Shown: positions 30,950 to 53,864 of the stretch, in pieces
Numbering within the stretch: the first letter of the stretch is position 1
Layout of the letters: each line of letters begins with the position of its first letter
Origin: the human T2T-CHM13v2.0 reference genome, Homo sapiens
DNA length: 64,000 nucleotides
Direction: 5' to 3' (one strand)
Assembly (NCBI RefSeq): GCF_009914755.1
Contig: NC_060947.1
Notes under the pieces: generated by a model
The model's input: only the letters and a program-made list of their open reading frames with translations
Told to the model about the DNA's origin: nothing
Database searches by the model: none
Translations under genes and position numbers: made by a program

Positions 30950-31090
30950 ATCTAGTCTAGACAATCTCATTTTACCAACAAGGAAACTGAAATACAGAAA
31001 AATCAAATGATACCCCAGGACTCAAAACTTGTAACATGCAAAGGAAGAATAATTCTGGTGCTTCTTACTCAATCCAGTGGTATTTCTACT
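30950..31090 (-). mobile_element. MIR fragment
   Basis: ctcattttaccaacaaggaaactgaaatacaga core motif. Confidence 0.5.
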
Positions 31091-32544
31091 ATATGTCTTT
31101 TAAGGTCATCTTGAAAGAGAAATTTTCTGAAGTAACAGGAAAATTACTATGAAGTGCACACTTCAAGATTTTCTTGAAAAACGTGCATTTCTGTTTTCAG
31201 TGCTAATCAACCCTGGTTATGACTAGTGTCTTAGAAAACACCAAAAAGAGTTGTTTATTTGAACAACATATGATATAAGCCCAGTATGAAATATTTGTTA
31301 AGTAAAGCTTTTCTGAGTGAAATAAGTGTGTGTGTGTATTTGTTCTCTCCCCCACTCCATCTCAAGCACCAAGTAACTCTTGGGACCCCCTAAGCCTTTT
31401 TAAAGAACAGTTTGAAAGCCATTACACTCGAGAAACAAATGTTTCTGCCTAAAGGAACTGTAAATATTATACATTCATAATTTAAAGTATATTTTTTCAA
31501 CTCAGATACCATATCTATTTGTCAAACACAAAGAGTCATAGACTGATATTTCCCTGAATTATGCCAATGGACTTCATATATATAACAAACTAGTGATTCA
31601 TTTTTAATGTACTTGATTAATAAGCAGATTTTATATTGGATTGTTAAATCAGGCAAGTGATACTACAGGAGACTATCTATGGATAAATAAGGCAAAATAA
31701 TTGAAATATACTTTACTATTTATCCTTTGGGCTGCTACCATTACAAGCACTTATTCTGTGTTAGATATGTTGTACACAGTGCTATTATTTTTCAAAATTA
31801 ACCTGAAATAAAGTCTCAGCTCAGTATTCTTGACATAGAAGGGAGGGAGTCAGAAAACTCCAGGTCCCAAATGTTCTTTAGCTTGTTACACCCTTCACAC
31901 ACACACAGTCCGAAATAATGTAAAGTAGCCTTAACTTGAGTCATTTATTTTCAACCCATTATAATAATTACCTTCAAACTTTTTGGTTATGATCTCCAGT
32001 GAGAAATATACCTTAAATCATGACTCAATAAATAAGTAAATATAGATCTATAAGTATGTAAGACTTTATCTACATCAGTCACTATATACATATTCATAAG
32101 CATGTATATCTCCCCATTCATACTGTAATTGGAAAATAAATTTAATGAAACTTCTTTTTTCTTGTCCTACTTTCTCCAATGTAGTTAGCAGTAGCCTGTC
32201 AATATCATTATATGCATTAGTTTCACAAAAATGTCCTAAGCTGTCAAATGCATGATAACCCAGAACCTTGCCTTTATAAGTATTTAATTAGAAGTATCCA
32301 ATGGTCAAATTTTGCATATCTCTATTGACACATCATGCTGTGGACAGAGTGCCCTGTTTATCACTTGAAAGAGAGTCTGTAATGTCTTTAATTTGATTAG
32401 AGAAAAATTTCCAGAAAACCCAGAACCAAACCCGAAAATTCATCTTTAAGAAATCATCATATATACCATAAATATATATAATTTTTATTTATCGGTTAAA
32501 AAATAGATATCTCAGCCAGAGGTAAAATAAAACATAGAAAAATG

Positions 32545-33828
32545 CAGCCTTGCCAGCATCTGTTGTTTATTGACTTTTTAATAATCGTCATTCTTACTGG
32601 CAGGAGATAGTATCTCATTGTGGTTCTGATTTGCATTTCTCTAATGATCACTGATGTTGAGCTTTTTTTCATATGTTTTTTGGCTGCATATATGTCTTCT
32701 TTTGAGAAGGTTCTGTTCGTGTCCTTTGCTCAATTTTAATTGGTCGCTTTTTTTTCTCTTGTAAATTTGTTTAAGTTTCTTGTGGATTCTGGATATTAGA
32801 CCTTTGTTAGATGGGTAGATTGCAAACATTTTCTCCCATTCTGTAGATTGTCTGTTCACTCTGATGATAGTTTATTTTGCTGTGCAGAAGCTCTTTAGTT
32901 TAAATAGATCCCATTTGTCAATTTTTGCTTTTGTTGCAATTGCTTTTGTTGTTTTTGCCATGAAATCTTTGCCTGTGCCTATGTCTTGAATGGTATTGCC
33001 TAGAATTTCTTCTAGGGTTTGTATAGTTATGGGTTTTACTTTTAAGTCTGTAATCCATCTTGAGGTGTTTTTTAATAAGGTTTAAGGAAGGGGTCCAGTT
33101 TCAATTTTCTAAAAATGGCTAGCCAGCTATCCCAGCACCATTTATTAAATAGGGAATCCTTTCCCCATTGCTTGTTTTTGTCAGGTTTGTTGAAGATCAA
33201 ATGGTTTTAGATGTGCGGTCTTGTTTCTGGGATCTCTATTCTGTTCCGTTGGTCTGTGTGTCTGGTTTTTGTACCAGTACCATACTGTTTTGGTTACTGT
33301 ACCCTTGTAGTATAGTTTGAGTCAGGTAGCATGATGCCTCCAGTTTTGTTCATTTTGCTTAGTGTTGTCTTGGCTATACAGGCTCTTTTTAGTTCTGTAT
33401 GAATTTTAAAGTTTTTTTTTTTTTAATTCTGTGAAGAGTGTCAATGATAGTTTAATGGAAATAGCATTGAACCTATAAATTTGGGCAGTATGGCCATTTT
33501 CAAGATATTGATTCTTTCTGTCCGTGATCATGGAATGTTTTTTCATTTGTTTGTTTCCTCTCTTATTTCCTTGAGCAGTGGTTTGTAGTTCTCCTGGAAG
33601 AGGCCTTTCACTTCCCCTTTTCACTCCATTTCTAAGTATTTTATTCTCTTTGTAGCAATTGTGAATGGGAGTTCATTCATGATTTGGCTCTCTGCTTGTC
33701 TATTGTTGGTGTATAGAAATGCTTGTGATTTTTGCACATTGATGTTGTATCCTGACACTTTGCTGAAGTTGCTTATCAGCTTAAGGAGTTTTTAGCCTGA
33801 GACGAAGGGGTTTTCCAGATATAGGATC
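32545..33828 (-). mobile_element. L1PA (about PA7-10) ORF2 fragment lacking both ends
   Basis: ORF2 C-terminal homology (32641..32859); no 3'UTR or poly(A). Confidence 0.85.
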
Positions 33829-33829
33829 A

Positions 33830-40440
<6,611 letters not shown>

Positions 40441-41849
40441 CTGGATGGACCATGTTTTTTAATCCATTCTGCCAATTTTCCTATTGATTTAAGAGTTTAA
40501 TTCACTTACATTTAGAAGTAATTACTGATAAATAAAACTTCAGACATTTTTGTTTTTGTTTTGATAAATTTCATACCGTTTCTGTCCCTCATCTCTTCAT
40601 TAGTGCTTTCATTTGTATTTTTTTTTATTGTATTGTAGGGAATTTTCATTCCCTTCTCATTGCCTTTCACCTATATTTTAAAAATATTTTCTTAGTGATT
40701 ACCATGGGAATTATAATTCACATTCTTAATTTATAACAGTGTAGTCTTAATTGATATAACCTTATTTTCAGTAGCATGTAAAAACTTTGTGCCTATATAG
40801 CTCTGTGTCTCCCCTCTTTATCTTGTTGTTCTCTTCACAAATTACATCTTTTTACATTGCGTAATCAATAACTGATTTATTTTTTATGCATTTGTATTTT
40901 AAATCAATTCTTGTCTTTTTAATGAAGTCTGGTGTCATTCCATTTGAACCCAAATGACTCCCTTTGGCATTTGTTATATGGCAGACTTATTGGCAATAAA
41001 CTGTCTCAACATTGGTTTACCTGTGTATGTCTTAATTTATCCTACATTTCTGAAACATAATTTTTAGGATTCTTGCTTGACATGTTTTATTTTTCTTTTA
41101 ACACCTTAAATATGTTATCTCACTGCTTTCTGGACTCCGTGGTTTGCGATGAGAAATTGGCTGTTGTTCTTATTGAGGATTCCTTGTATTCGATGATCCA
41201 CTTCTCTTGCTGCTTTCAAGAGTGCCCTTTTGTTTTAAGCTTTTGACAGTTTGATTATAATGCATTTCCTTGTGAATCTCTTTGAATGTATCTTACTTAA
41301 AGTCTGTTGAGTTTTTGGATGTGTAGATTCATGTATTTTATCAAATTTGTATTGTTTTGTTATTTCTTCAAATAATCATTCTGTTTCTTTCCCTTTTGCA
41401 TTGCTGTTCTCATTATGCACATGTGTGTTGATTTGCTTGATAGAGTCCCACTAGTCCCTTAGGATCTGTTCACCTTTGTACATTTTTTTCTGCCTCTCAG
41501 ACTGGATTATTTCAATTGTCTTGTCTTCAAGTCTGCTGAATCTTTCTCCTCTCTCTTAAAATATGTTTTGAATCTCTAGTATTTTTTAAATTTCAGTTAT
41601 TGTAAGCTGAATAATTTCTTTTTTTAAATTTATTATTATTATACTTTTAGGGTACATGTGCACAATGTGCAGGTTAGTTACATATGTATACATGTGCCAT
41701 GCTGGTGCGCTGCACCCACTAACTCGTCATCTAGCGTTAGGTATATCTCCCAGTGCTATCCCTCTCCCCTCCCCCCACCCCACAACAGTCCCCAGAGTGT
41801 GATGTTCCCCTTCCTGTGTCCATGTGTTCTCATTGTTCAATTCCCACCT

Positions 41850-45656
<3,807 letters not shown>

Positions 45657-45719
45657 TATGATGTTAGCTGATTATTTTGCTCGTTAGTAGGTGCAGTTTC
45701 TTCCTAGTCTTGATGGTCT

Positions 45720-46736
45720 TTACATTTTGGCATGATTTTGCAGGAGCTGGTATCGGTTGTTCCTTTCCATGTTTAGTGCTTCCTTCAGGAGCTCTTTTAG
45801 GGCAGGCCTGGTGGTGACAAAATCTCTCAGCATTTGCTTGTCTGTAAACTATTTTATTTCTCCTTCACTTATGAAGCTTAGTTTGGCTGGATATGAAATT
45901 CTGGGTTGAAAATTCTTTTCTTTAAGAATGTTGAATATTGGCCCCCACTCTATTCTGGCTTGTAGAGTTTCTGCCAAGAGATCCGCTGTTAGTCTGATGG
46001 GCTTCCCTTTGTGGGTAACCCAACCTTTCTCTCTGGCTGCCCTTAACATTTTTTCCTTCATTTCAACTTTGGTGAATCTGACAATTTTGTGTCTTGGAGT
46101 TGCTCTTCTCGAGGAGTATCTTTGTGGCATTCTCTGTATTTCCTGAATCTGAATGTTGGCCTGCCTTGCTAGATTGAGGAAGTTCTCCTGGATGATATCC
46201 TGCAGAGTGTTTTCCAGCTTGGTTCCATTCTCCCCGTCACTTTCAGGTACACCAATCAGATGCGGATTTGGTCTTTTCACATAGTCCCATATTTCTTGGA
46301 GGCTTTGCTTGTTTCTTTTTATTCTTTTTTCTCTAAACTTCCCTTCTCACATCATTTCATTTACTTCATCTTCCATCGCTGATACCCTTTCTTCCAGTTG
46401 ATCGCATCGGCTCCTGAGGCTTCTGCATTCTTCACATAGTTCTCGAGCCTTGGTTTTCAGCTACATCAGCTCCTTTAAGCACTTCTCTGTATTGGTTATT
46501 CTAGTTATACATTCTTCTAAACTTTTTTCAAAGTTTTCAACTTCTTTGCCTTTGGTTTGAATTTCCTCCCTTAGCTCGGAGTAATTTGATCATCCGAAGC
46601 CTTCTTCTCTCAGCTCGTCAAAGTCATTCTCCGTCCAGCTTTGTTCCCTTGCTGGTGAGGAACTCTGTTCCTTTGGAGGAGGAGAGGCGCTCTGCTTTTT
46701 AGAGTTTCCAGTTTTTCTGTTCTGTTTTTTCCCCAT
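45720..46736 (-). pseudogene. L1 ORF1p, full span (338 codons + stop) but interrupted by stops
   Basis: ATG at 46736, TAA at 45720-45722; ORF track shows only 45849..46280 open, ending prematurely at EGEIK*. Confidence 0.88.
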
Positions 46737-47191
46737 CTTTGTGGTTTTATGTACTTTTGGTCTTTGATGATGGTGATGTACAGATGGGTTTTTGGTGTGG
46801 ATGTCCTTTCTGTTTGTTAGTTTTCCTTCTAACAGAGAGGACCCTCAGCTGCAGGTCTGTTGGAGTACCTGGCCGTGTGAGGTGTCAGTCTGCCCCTGCT
46901 GGGGGGTGCCTCCCAGTTAGGCTGCTCGGGGTTCAGGGGTCAGGGACCCACTTGAGGAGGCAGTCTGCCCATTCTGAGATCTCCAGCTGCGTGCTGGGAG
47001 AACCACTGCTCTCTTCAAAGCTGTGAGACATGGACATTTAAGTCTGCAGAGGTTACTGCTGTCTTTTTGTTTGTCTGTGCCCTGCCCCCAGAGGTGGAGC
47101 CTACAGAGGCAGGCAGGCCTCCTTGAGCTGTGGTGGGCTCCACCCAGTTTGAGCTTCCCAGCTGCTTTGTTTACCTAAGCAAGCCTGAGCA

Positions 47192-47347
47192 ATGGTGGGC
47201 GCCCCTCCCGCAGCCTCGCAGCCGCTTTGCAGTTTGATCTCAGACTGCTATGCTAGCAATCAGCGAGACTCCGTGGGTGTAGGACCCTCTGAGCCATGTG
47301 CGGGATATAATGTCCTGGTGCGCCGTTTTTTAAGCCCATCGGAATAG
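47192..47347 (+). CDS. L1 antisense ORF0, truncated to 51 aa
   Basis: Manual translation MVGAPPAASQPLCSLISDCYASNQRDSVGVGPSEPCAGYNVLVRRFLSPSE* matches the known 71-aa primate ORF0 up to a premature TAG at 47345-47347. Confidence 0.75.
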   Translation: MVGAPPAASQPLCSLISDCYASNQRDSVGVGPSEPCAGYNVLVRRFLSPSE

Positions 47348-48837
47348 CGCAGTATTCGGTTGGGAGTGACCCGATTTTCCAGGTGCAGTCTGTCACCCCT
47401 TTCTTTGACTGGGAAAGGGAACTCCCTGACCCCTTGCACTTCCTGAGTGAGGCAATGCCTCGCCCTGCTTCGGCTCGCGCACTGCGCGCACACCCACTGA
47501 CCTGTACCCACTGTCTGGCACTCCCTAGTGAAGATGAACCCGGTACCTCAGATGGAAATGCAGAAATCACCGGTCTTCTGCATTGCTCATGCTGGGAGCT
47601 GTTGACCGGAGCTGTTCCTATTCGGCCATCTTGGCTCCTCCCTTAATAATTTCACTTTGGTTCCTTTTTTATAGTTTCTTTTTATTAAAATTCTCATTTT
47701 GTTCAATATATTGCTTTCTTGGTTTCCTTTAGTTCTTCATTCATAGTTTCCATTAGCTCTTTGAGTGTATTTAATACAGTTGACTTAAAGCCTTTGTGTG
47801 GTAAGTCCAATATCTGGTCTTCCTCAGGAATGATTTATTTTTTCCTTTGAATGGCTGTACTTTTTTGTTTCTTTGTATACTCATTGTATTTCAAAAATTG
47901 CACATTTGACTATTATAATGTAGTTACCAAGGTTGGTTGTTCTTTATTCCTGAAAGTTACAGTTTTTCTATTTTTCTATTGCAAAGATTGTATTCACTGA
48001 ACTTGTGTTCACTGAAGTCTCTAGTTCTATTAGCTTCTGTTCAGCTTGTGTTTTCTGAGATTTTCTTAAGGTCGAGGAGTTCAAAAAAACAAACACATAC
48101 AAAACACCACTCCCACTCTTTGAGTATTGGCTTTGTGCTATGGCAAGGCTTTTAGGCTTAGCCAAGCCATTTGCAAGTCTGACATAACCTTCACTTTCTG
48201 CTTGCCTTGAGTCTAGATATTAGCCAGAGGTGAAATCTTAGGGTCTTCTCAAGCCTTTTCTGAGCATGCATTCTGTCCTTAGCATTAAGTCTATTTTTAA
48301 ATTCCCCGGTATATAGGAGGACTTTTGCATGCCCAAGTTTCCCGAAGAAACTTTCTTCTCAGGCTTTCCTACCAAGATTTAGACAGTGTGCTGTATGTAT
48401 AGGTCATAGTCATTTGCTTCAGGTGGCTGTGTGTTTCTTATTCACCTTACAATGTTTTCAAGCAGTGCCCACTGGTTTTCCACCTCGAGTGAGTTCTGAG
48501 TTATGTACTTTTATATGTGTGCTATATACTGTAGTATTTTCTGCTGTTTTATTTCTTTTTCTCAACAAGGCCAGTAGCATACTACTAGATATTAATTTCA
48601 CATAACCTCCTTTCTTTCCAAAGTCTCTGCATTACAGAATTAATATAAAAGGTACTTGGGATTTGAGAGTGACTCTTGCCTTATTCCACTAGCTTTCACC
48701 CATAGTGCAACCTTAGGAATATGTCTGTGTCTATCCTTTATCAGTGTAAAGGGAAACCTTTTCTTCTTTCAACCTCAACCGTGATCCCAGATATTTTAAT
48801 TCTCTTCTGCTTTCTTTTTGGGAAATGGCGGTTGCGG

Positions 48838-49313
48838 TATATATTAACTTCCTGTGAATTCCATAACAAACTATCACAAATAAGTGGCTTAAGACAATGG
48901 AGATTTATTCTCTCACAGTTCCGGAAGCCAGAAGTTTGAAACGAAGCTATCAACATTTCTACATTCCCTCTGGAGACTCTAGAGGATAAAATGTTCTTAG
49001 TCTGTTTTGGCATCTGTTGGTTTCTGGAAGTGCTTGGCATGTGGCTGCATCACTGCCATCTCTGTTTCCATGATCACAATGCCTCCTCTTTCTTCTCTCT
49101 GTCTAATCATCTCCCTCTTCCTTACCCTTATAAGGAAAGTTGTCATTGGATTTAGGGTTCACTTGGATAATTAAGGGTGATCACCTCATCTCAAAATCCT
49201 TAATTACATTTACAAAGACCCCTTTTTCCAAATAAGGTAACATTCACAGGTTCCAGGGATTCAGATGTAGACATCTATTTTTGGGGGGAGGGGTCACCTT
49301 TTTACCCATGACA
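48838..49313 (-). mobile_element. MLT1 (MLT1B/C-like) MaLR solo LTR
   Basis: atttattctctcacagttccggaagccagaag and aaataaggtaacattcacaggttccaggg motifs. Confidence 0.85.
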
Positions 49314-49703
49314 GGGGATTTAGGAGAAGAGAAAAGACCTTCCCAGTGGATGGTTGTCAGTGTGTTGTATAGGCAAAATTAGTAGAGGTTTTTATGCCAC
49401 CCGGGTTAACAGTCCTATGGGAAGCTCCAAGGAATGTTATTATGCTAAGTGACAATCCTCAGATTTTTTAGTCAGTGTCTGAAAGCTGGAGGAATAAGGT
49501 GTTAATGGGGGAAAAACTCATTTGTATATAGTATGCATTGTCTTTATTTTAAAGGAGAAATGAACTTTAAACTGTGAGTGATTTGTATATTTCCCTCTAC
49601 TTATTTGTCATCAGGTTCACAAAGGTCTCTAATCATTCATTTTCTGAGTTTGAATATTCTATATCTTCTAGCTCACACTTCACATCTTTTAGCATCTCCT
49701 GGA

Positions 49704-50199
49704 GTGGAGAAACTGAATATAGAGACAGACGATGGACAGTTTTTATAAAAAAATAGATATCTAACCCATAACTTGCAACATCCAACCTAGAAAGCCAAAT
49801 CTTGAACTCTGCAGCAAACGGTTCATGAAATCAAACCACAGCCTCTTTGAAGTCAGCCTCAAACAGCTAGTACTTGGTTAATAACTGCCAGCTTCCCTAA
49901 TTTTTGTCCCTACTTCCAACTTAAGACCAATTGGAGAAAGCCAACTATGCTTCTTTAATCAATCATGTAAGATGCCTTGCTTCTAGTTAGCCTGAATTCA
50001 GCTTCCCCGTGCCAACAGCCTCCAATCAGGGTGTATATAAAGCTTTTCCTTTTTTTATGCCATAAAGATTTCCCAGTTCTTTGCCTTCTTTTCAATCTCT
50101 GCAAAATGCAAGTGATTGTGGCTCACTCCTTTGCTATAGCAAACTGAATAAATAGTCTTTAATTGTTCTCATTTTTGGTGGTTTTCATTTATTTCCACA
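49704..50199 (+). mobile_element. ERV solo LTR (family not assigned)
   Basis: About 500 bp ending ...tttccaca, with ccaatcag, tatataa and AATAAA in LTR order. Confidence 0.6.
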
Positions 50200-50487
50200 G
50201 GAGGCATATGAAATTTGGAAGGCTGTCTCACTCACCGAAATGGAGCCGTAGGGCTTTGTGAGGCTTCCCTGAACCCCATCATCCTAGACTCTCACTTAGG
50301 CACTGCAACTCTGCAGTTGTGTTGCAATGAGAGGCTGCCAGTCTTCTCTGGCTAGACTTTGGAAATGAGATACAACAGTCATTTCTGCTTTCTGGTCCTC
50401 CTAAAATTAGCTGAGAGATTTTTGAAGAGTCTATTCCTCCATCTCCCTGGGGGTTTTGGGTTTTGGGTTTTAACCATAAGAAGGGAC

Positions 50488-50791
50488 TTTTTTTTTTTTT
50501 TTTTTTTGATACGGGACTCTGTTGCCCAGGCTGGATTACAGTGGCAAGATCTCGGCTCACTGCAACCTCTCCCTGCTGGGCTCAAGTGATCCTCCTGCCT
50601 CAGCCTCCTGAGTAGCTGAGACTACAGGTGCGTGCCACCATGCCTGGCTATTTTTTTTTTTTTATATTTTTTGTATGGATGGGGTTTCGCCATGTTGTCC
50701 AGGCTGGTCTCTAACTTCTGGACTCAAGTGATCCACCTGTCTCGACTTCCCAAAGTGGTGGGATTACAGGCATGAGCCACCGTGCCCGGCC
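50488..50791 (-). mobile_element. AluJb-like
   Basis: Reverse Alu with poly(T); short ggactt duplication on both flanks. Confidence 0.9.
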
Positions 50792-50914
50792 AGGACTTCT
50801 TTTTTAGGGACCCCTACTACTGACTCATTTTGTTGCTGTCTTCTCTCTTTTCAGATCCTCCCTCCTCTTCCTGTAACCCCATTGTGTAGGAAAGGCCTTT
50901 TATTTTGCGTCTGT

Positions 50915-51115
50915 AATGGGTTCAAGACCTGACGTTATCACTTATTAGCTGTGTCATCTTGTGCAAATTACTAATTGGCAACTCATTTTCCTCCTCCATG
51001 TAGTGGGGCTAACAAATAGTACCTGCCTCATAGGGTTGTGAGGATTACATGAGGTATATTCATATAAAAAAACTTTAGTAAAGTGCCGGGCATATAGTAA
51101 GTATTCAAAAGTGTT
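50915..51115 (+). mobile_element. MIR
   Basis: cacttattagctgtgtcatcttgtgcaaattact ... tacctgcctcatagggttgtgaggatta. Confidence 0.75.
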
Positions 51116-51459
51116 GGCTTTACTTTTAAAGTAGACAATAGTTCTAAACTTTTATGAGGGCTGTGATAGAAGTAGACAATTAATGTCATCTAGGTCATAA
51201 AGAGGAATGGAGTTACATTCAATTAGAGAAGGAAGATGTCAAGAAAAACCTTATAGGGAAGTTGTACTTCAAAGATCAATGATTACTGTCAAGCAGATGG
51301 TGGGATGAAGCAGGACTACAAGTGTCTGCAAAAAGGCAAGGAAATGCAAAGGTGATGGTGATGCATGGTGGAGAAGGATGGATATAACGGAGAGGTGGAA
51401 AAGAATGATCTACAGATGCCGATTTCAGCGAATGAGTATAGAGGCATATTGATCAATAG

Positions 51460-52100
<641 letters not shown>

Positions 52101-52109
52101 GCAGCAGTG

Positions 52110-52420
52110 TAGAGGGCAGACATCAGAATAGTAAAATTAGAAATAGGGGGTTAGTTAATATATCATTGCAGTAGTGCAGGCAAGAGTGATGAGGACATGA
52201 ACAAAGGCAACAGCTGGAGAAGTAGAGTGTAACTGAAATGTTGAGACTAACCCATCTAGGGCTTGGTGATTCGTTCCATATGGGGGTGAGGGAGTGTGTG
52301 ATATTAAGGATGACTACCAAGTTTCTGAATTGGGATTTGAGTGGATGGACTTGCCATTCAACATGATAGAACAACTGGAGAAGAAACAGATTTGGAAGAA
52401 GACTATCATTTTATAATGGA
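52110..52420 (-). mobile_element. L2 fragment
   Basis: aaggatgactaccaagtttctgaattggg...tggatggacttgccattcaac typical of L2. Confidence 0.65.
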
Positions 52421-52672
52421 GGTGGGGGCAAGGGAGAGGTGACCTAAAACTATTGTTATTCTTTAGTATTGGTTCCCAGATTTCAGTGTACAAGAAAAAT
52501 CACTTGAGACCTTGTTAAGAATATAGATTTTTACTCTGTTCTCTATTTTCTTTTTAGGAGGACTTAGAATAAGGCCAGTGATCTGTTTTTTTCTTTCCTT
52601 TTTTTTTTTTTTTGAACAAATAGCCCCAGTATGGTATTTAAAACTCAGTTAAGTGTACTAAGAAGTATTTAC

Positions 52673-52921
52673 CCTCCCTGTGTCCGTGTGTTCTCATTGT
52701 TCAACTCCCATTTATAAGTGAGAATATACGGTATTTGGGGCCTGTCAGGGGAGGATGGCAGGGGTAGAGCGTTAGGGAAAAGAGCTAATGCATGCTGGGC
52801 TTAATGCCTAGGTGATGAGTTGATAGGTGCAGCAAACCACCATGGACACATTTCCCTGTGTAACAAACCTGCATGTCCTGCACATGTACCCTGGAACTTA
52901 AAAAAAATAAATTTTTTTAAA
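52673..52921 (+). mobile_element. Very short twin-primed (5'-inverted) L1PA 3' end
   Basis: 52673-52736 is L1 3' sequence in minus orientation; 52737-52921 is the + strand 3' terminus with A tail; TSD aagaag(t/c)a(t/c)ttac 52660-52672 / 52922-52934. Confidence 0.82.
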
Positions 52922-53084
52922 AAGAAGCACTTACAAAATAAAACTGAAAGCAAATTTAAAATTATACTGAAAGTATATTTCTTGCCTATAAATGGATAGT
53001 GATTCTTAAAAGTTTGATTATGATAGACAATTTACAATGTTTTTTACACAGCTATATAAAATATTCACAGTGTAATGAAATAAT

Positions 53085-53090
53085 TTTAAT
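53085..53090 (-). terminator. Candidate poly(A) signal (ATTAAA) of the SH3BGRL3-like gene
   Basis: ATTAAA on the minus strand about 150 nt after the TGA stop, followed by a CA and a U-rich stretch. Confidence 0.45.
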
Positions 53091-53236
53091 GCGCGATTGA
53101 AACAGGAAAGGCCCATGTGTCAAACTGGTTATGTTAGTGAAAGAGTTCTGTTTTTATAGTTTTAAAAGTAACTGATATATATGGATGTATATGTGGATCC
53201 ATACCAGTAAGTGTCTCTTGTATCATAACTATCCAT

Positions 53237-53302
53237 TCATTCCATCTTCAGGAATTTCAGAATCTCTTTATTCTCCTTTGCTTTGTAAAACATTTCAAAA
53301 TG
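53237..53302 (-). pseudogene. SH3BGRL3-like exon 3 (acceptor degenerate: TTTTTGG instead of AG)
   Basis: HFEMFYKAKENKEILKFLKME*; TGA at 53237-53239; aligns with SH3BGRL3 DYELFVEAVEQNTLQEFLKLA as recalled. Confidence 0.85.
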
Positions 53303-53696
53303 CCAAAAATAATTAATTTGTAATACTACTGCTGATAATTTTTAATTATGAAGTTATTAAGTTCAGGTATATAGGTTAAGTTTGCTAATTATCTTGCTGG
53401 ACATTTGCAAACCTCTGCCAACTGTTAGAAGAAAAATTTCCCCAGAACACTAGTCATTTCATATTATAATGTATGGTGAAAACTACTGCATAAGTATCCC
53501 AAAACAAGTGGCATGATATATTTTTCTTTTATGATAATCTTTTTATCAAAAGTACAAATTGTTTTGTCTTCAGAGACATAGTTAAGTTATTCTGTAGATA
53601 GGTAAATCTGAATCTCATACTCCATAAATGTAATATTTCCCCATGTATATGACCTTAAGGTGTCAAAATAAAATAACAATGGACATTTACTCTTAC

Positions 53697-53864
53697 TCCA
53701 CGATATTCTTGACCATTGAATATCTGAGGTGGTAGAGCCTTAAGGGTAGAAACCTTTATTCTCATTTATTGAAGTACTTTAAAACTGATAGAAACATCTG
53801 TTAATTCATACTTTATATTGTAACTCTCTAAAATTCTAGTAACTTCTTCTTGTCTCTGCTTCAC
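53697..53864 (-). pseudogene. SH3BGRL3-like exon 2 with in-frame TAA
   Basis: Strong acceptor (ctttctatttctctctccctctatctAG), donor GTAAGA at 53696-53691, 168 nt, stop at 53766-53768. Confidence 0.93.

Noticed and set aside
53303-53335. Alternative AG acceptors (CAG CAG TAG) upstream of exon 3 that might rescue splicing
   Set aside because: They lie 23, 26 and 29 nt upstream, all out of frame, lack a pyrimidine tract, and the exon 2 stop would remain anyway.
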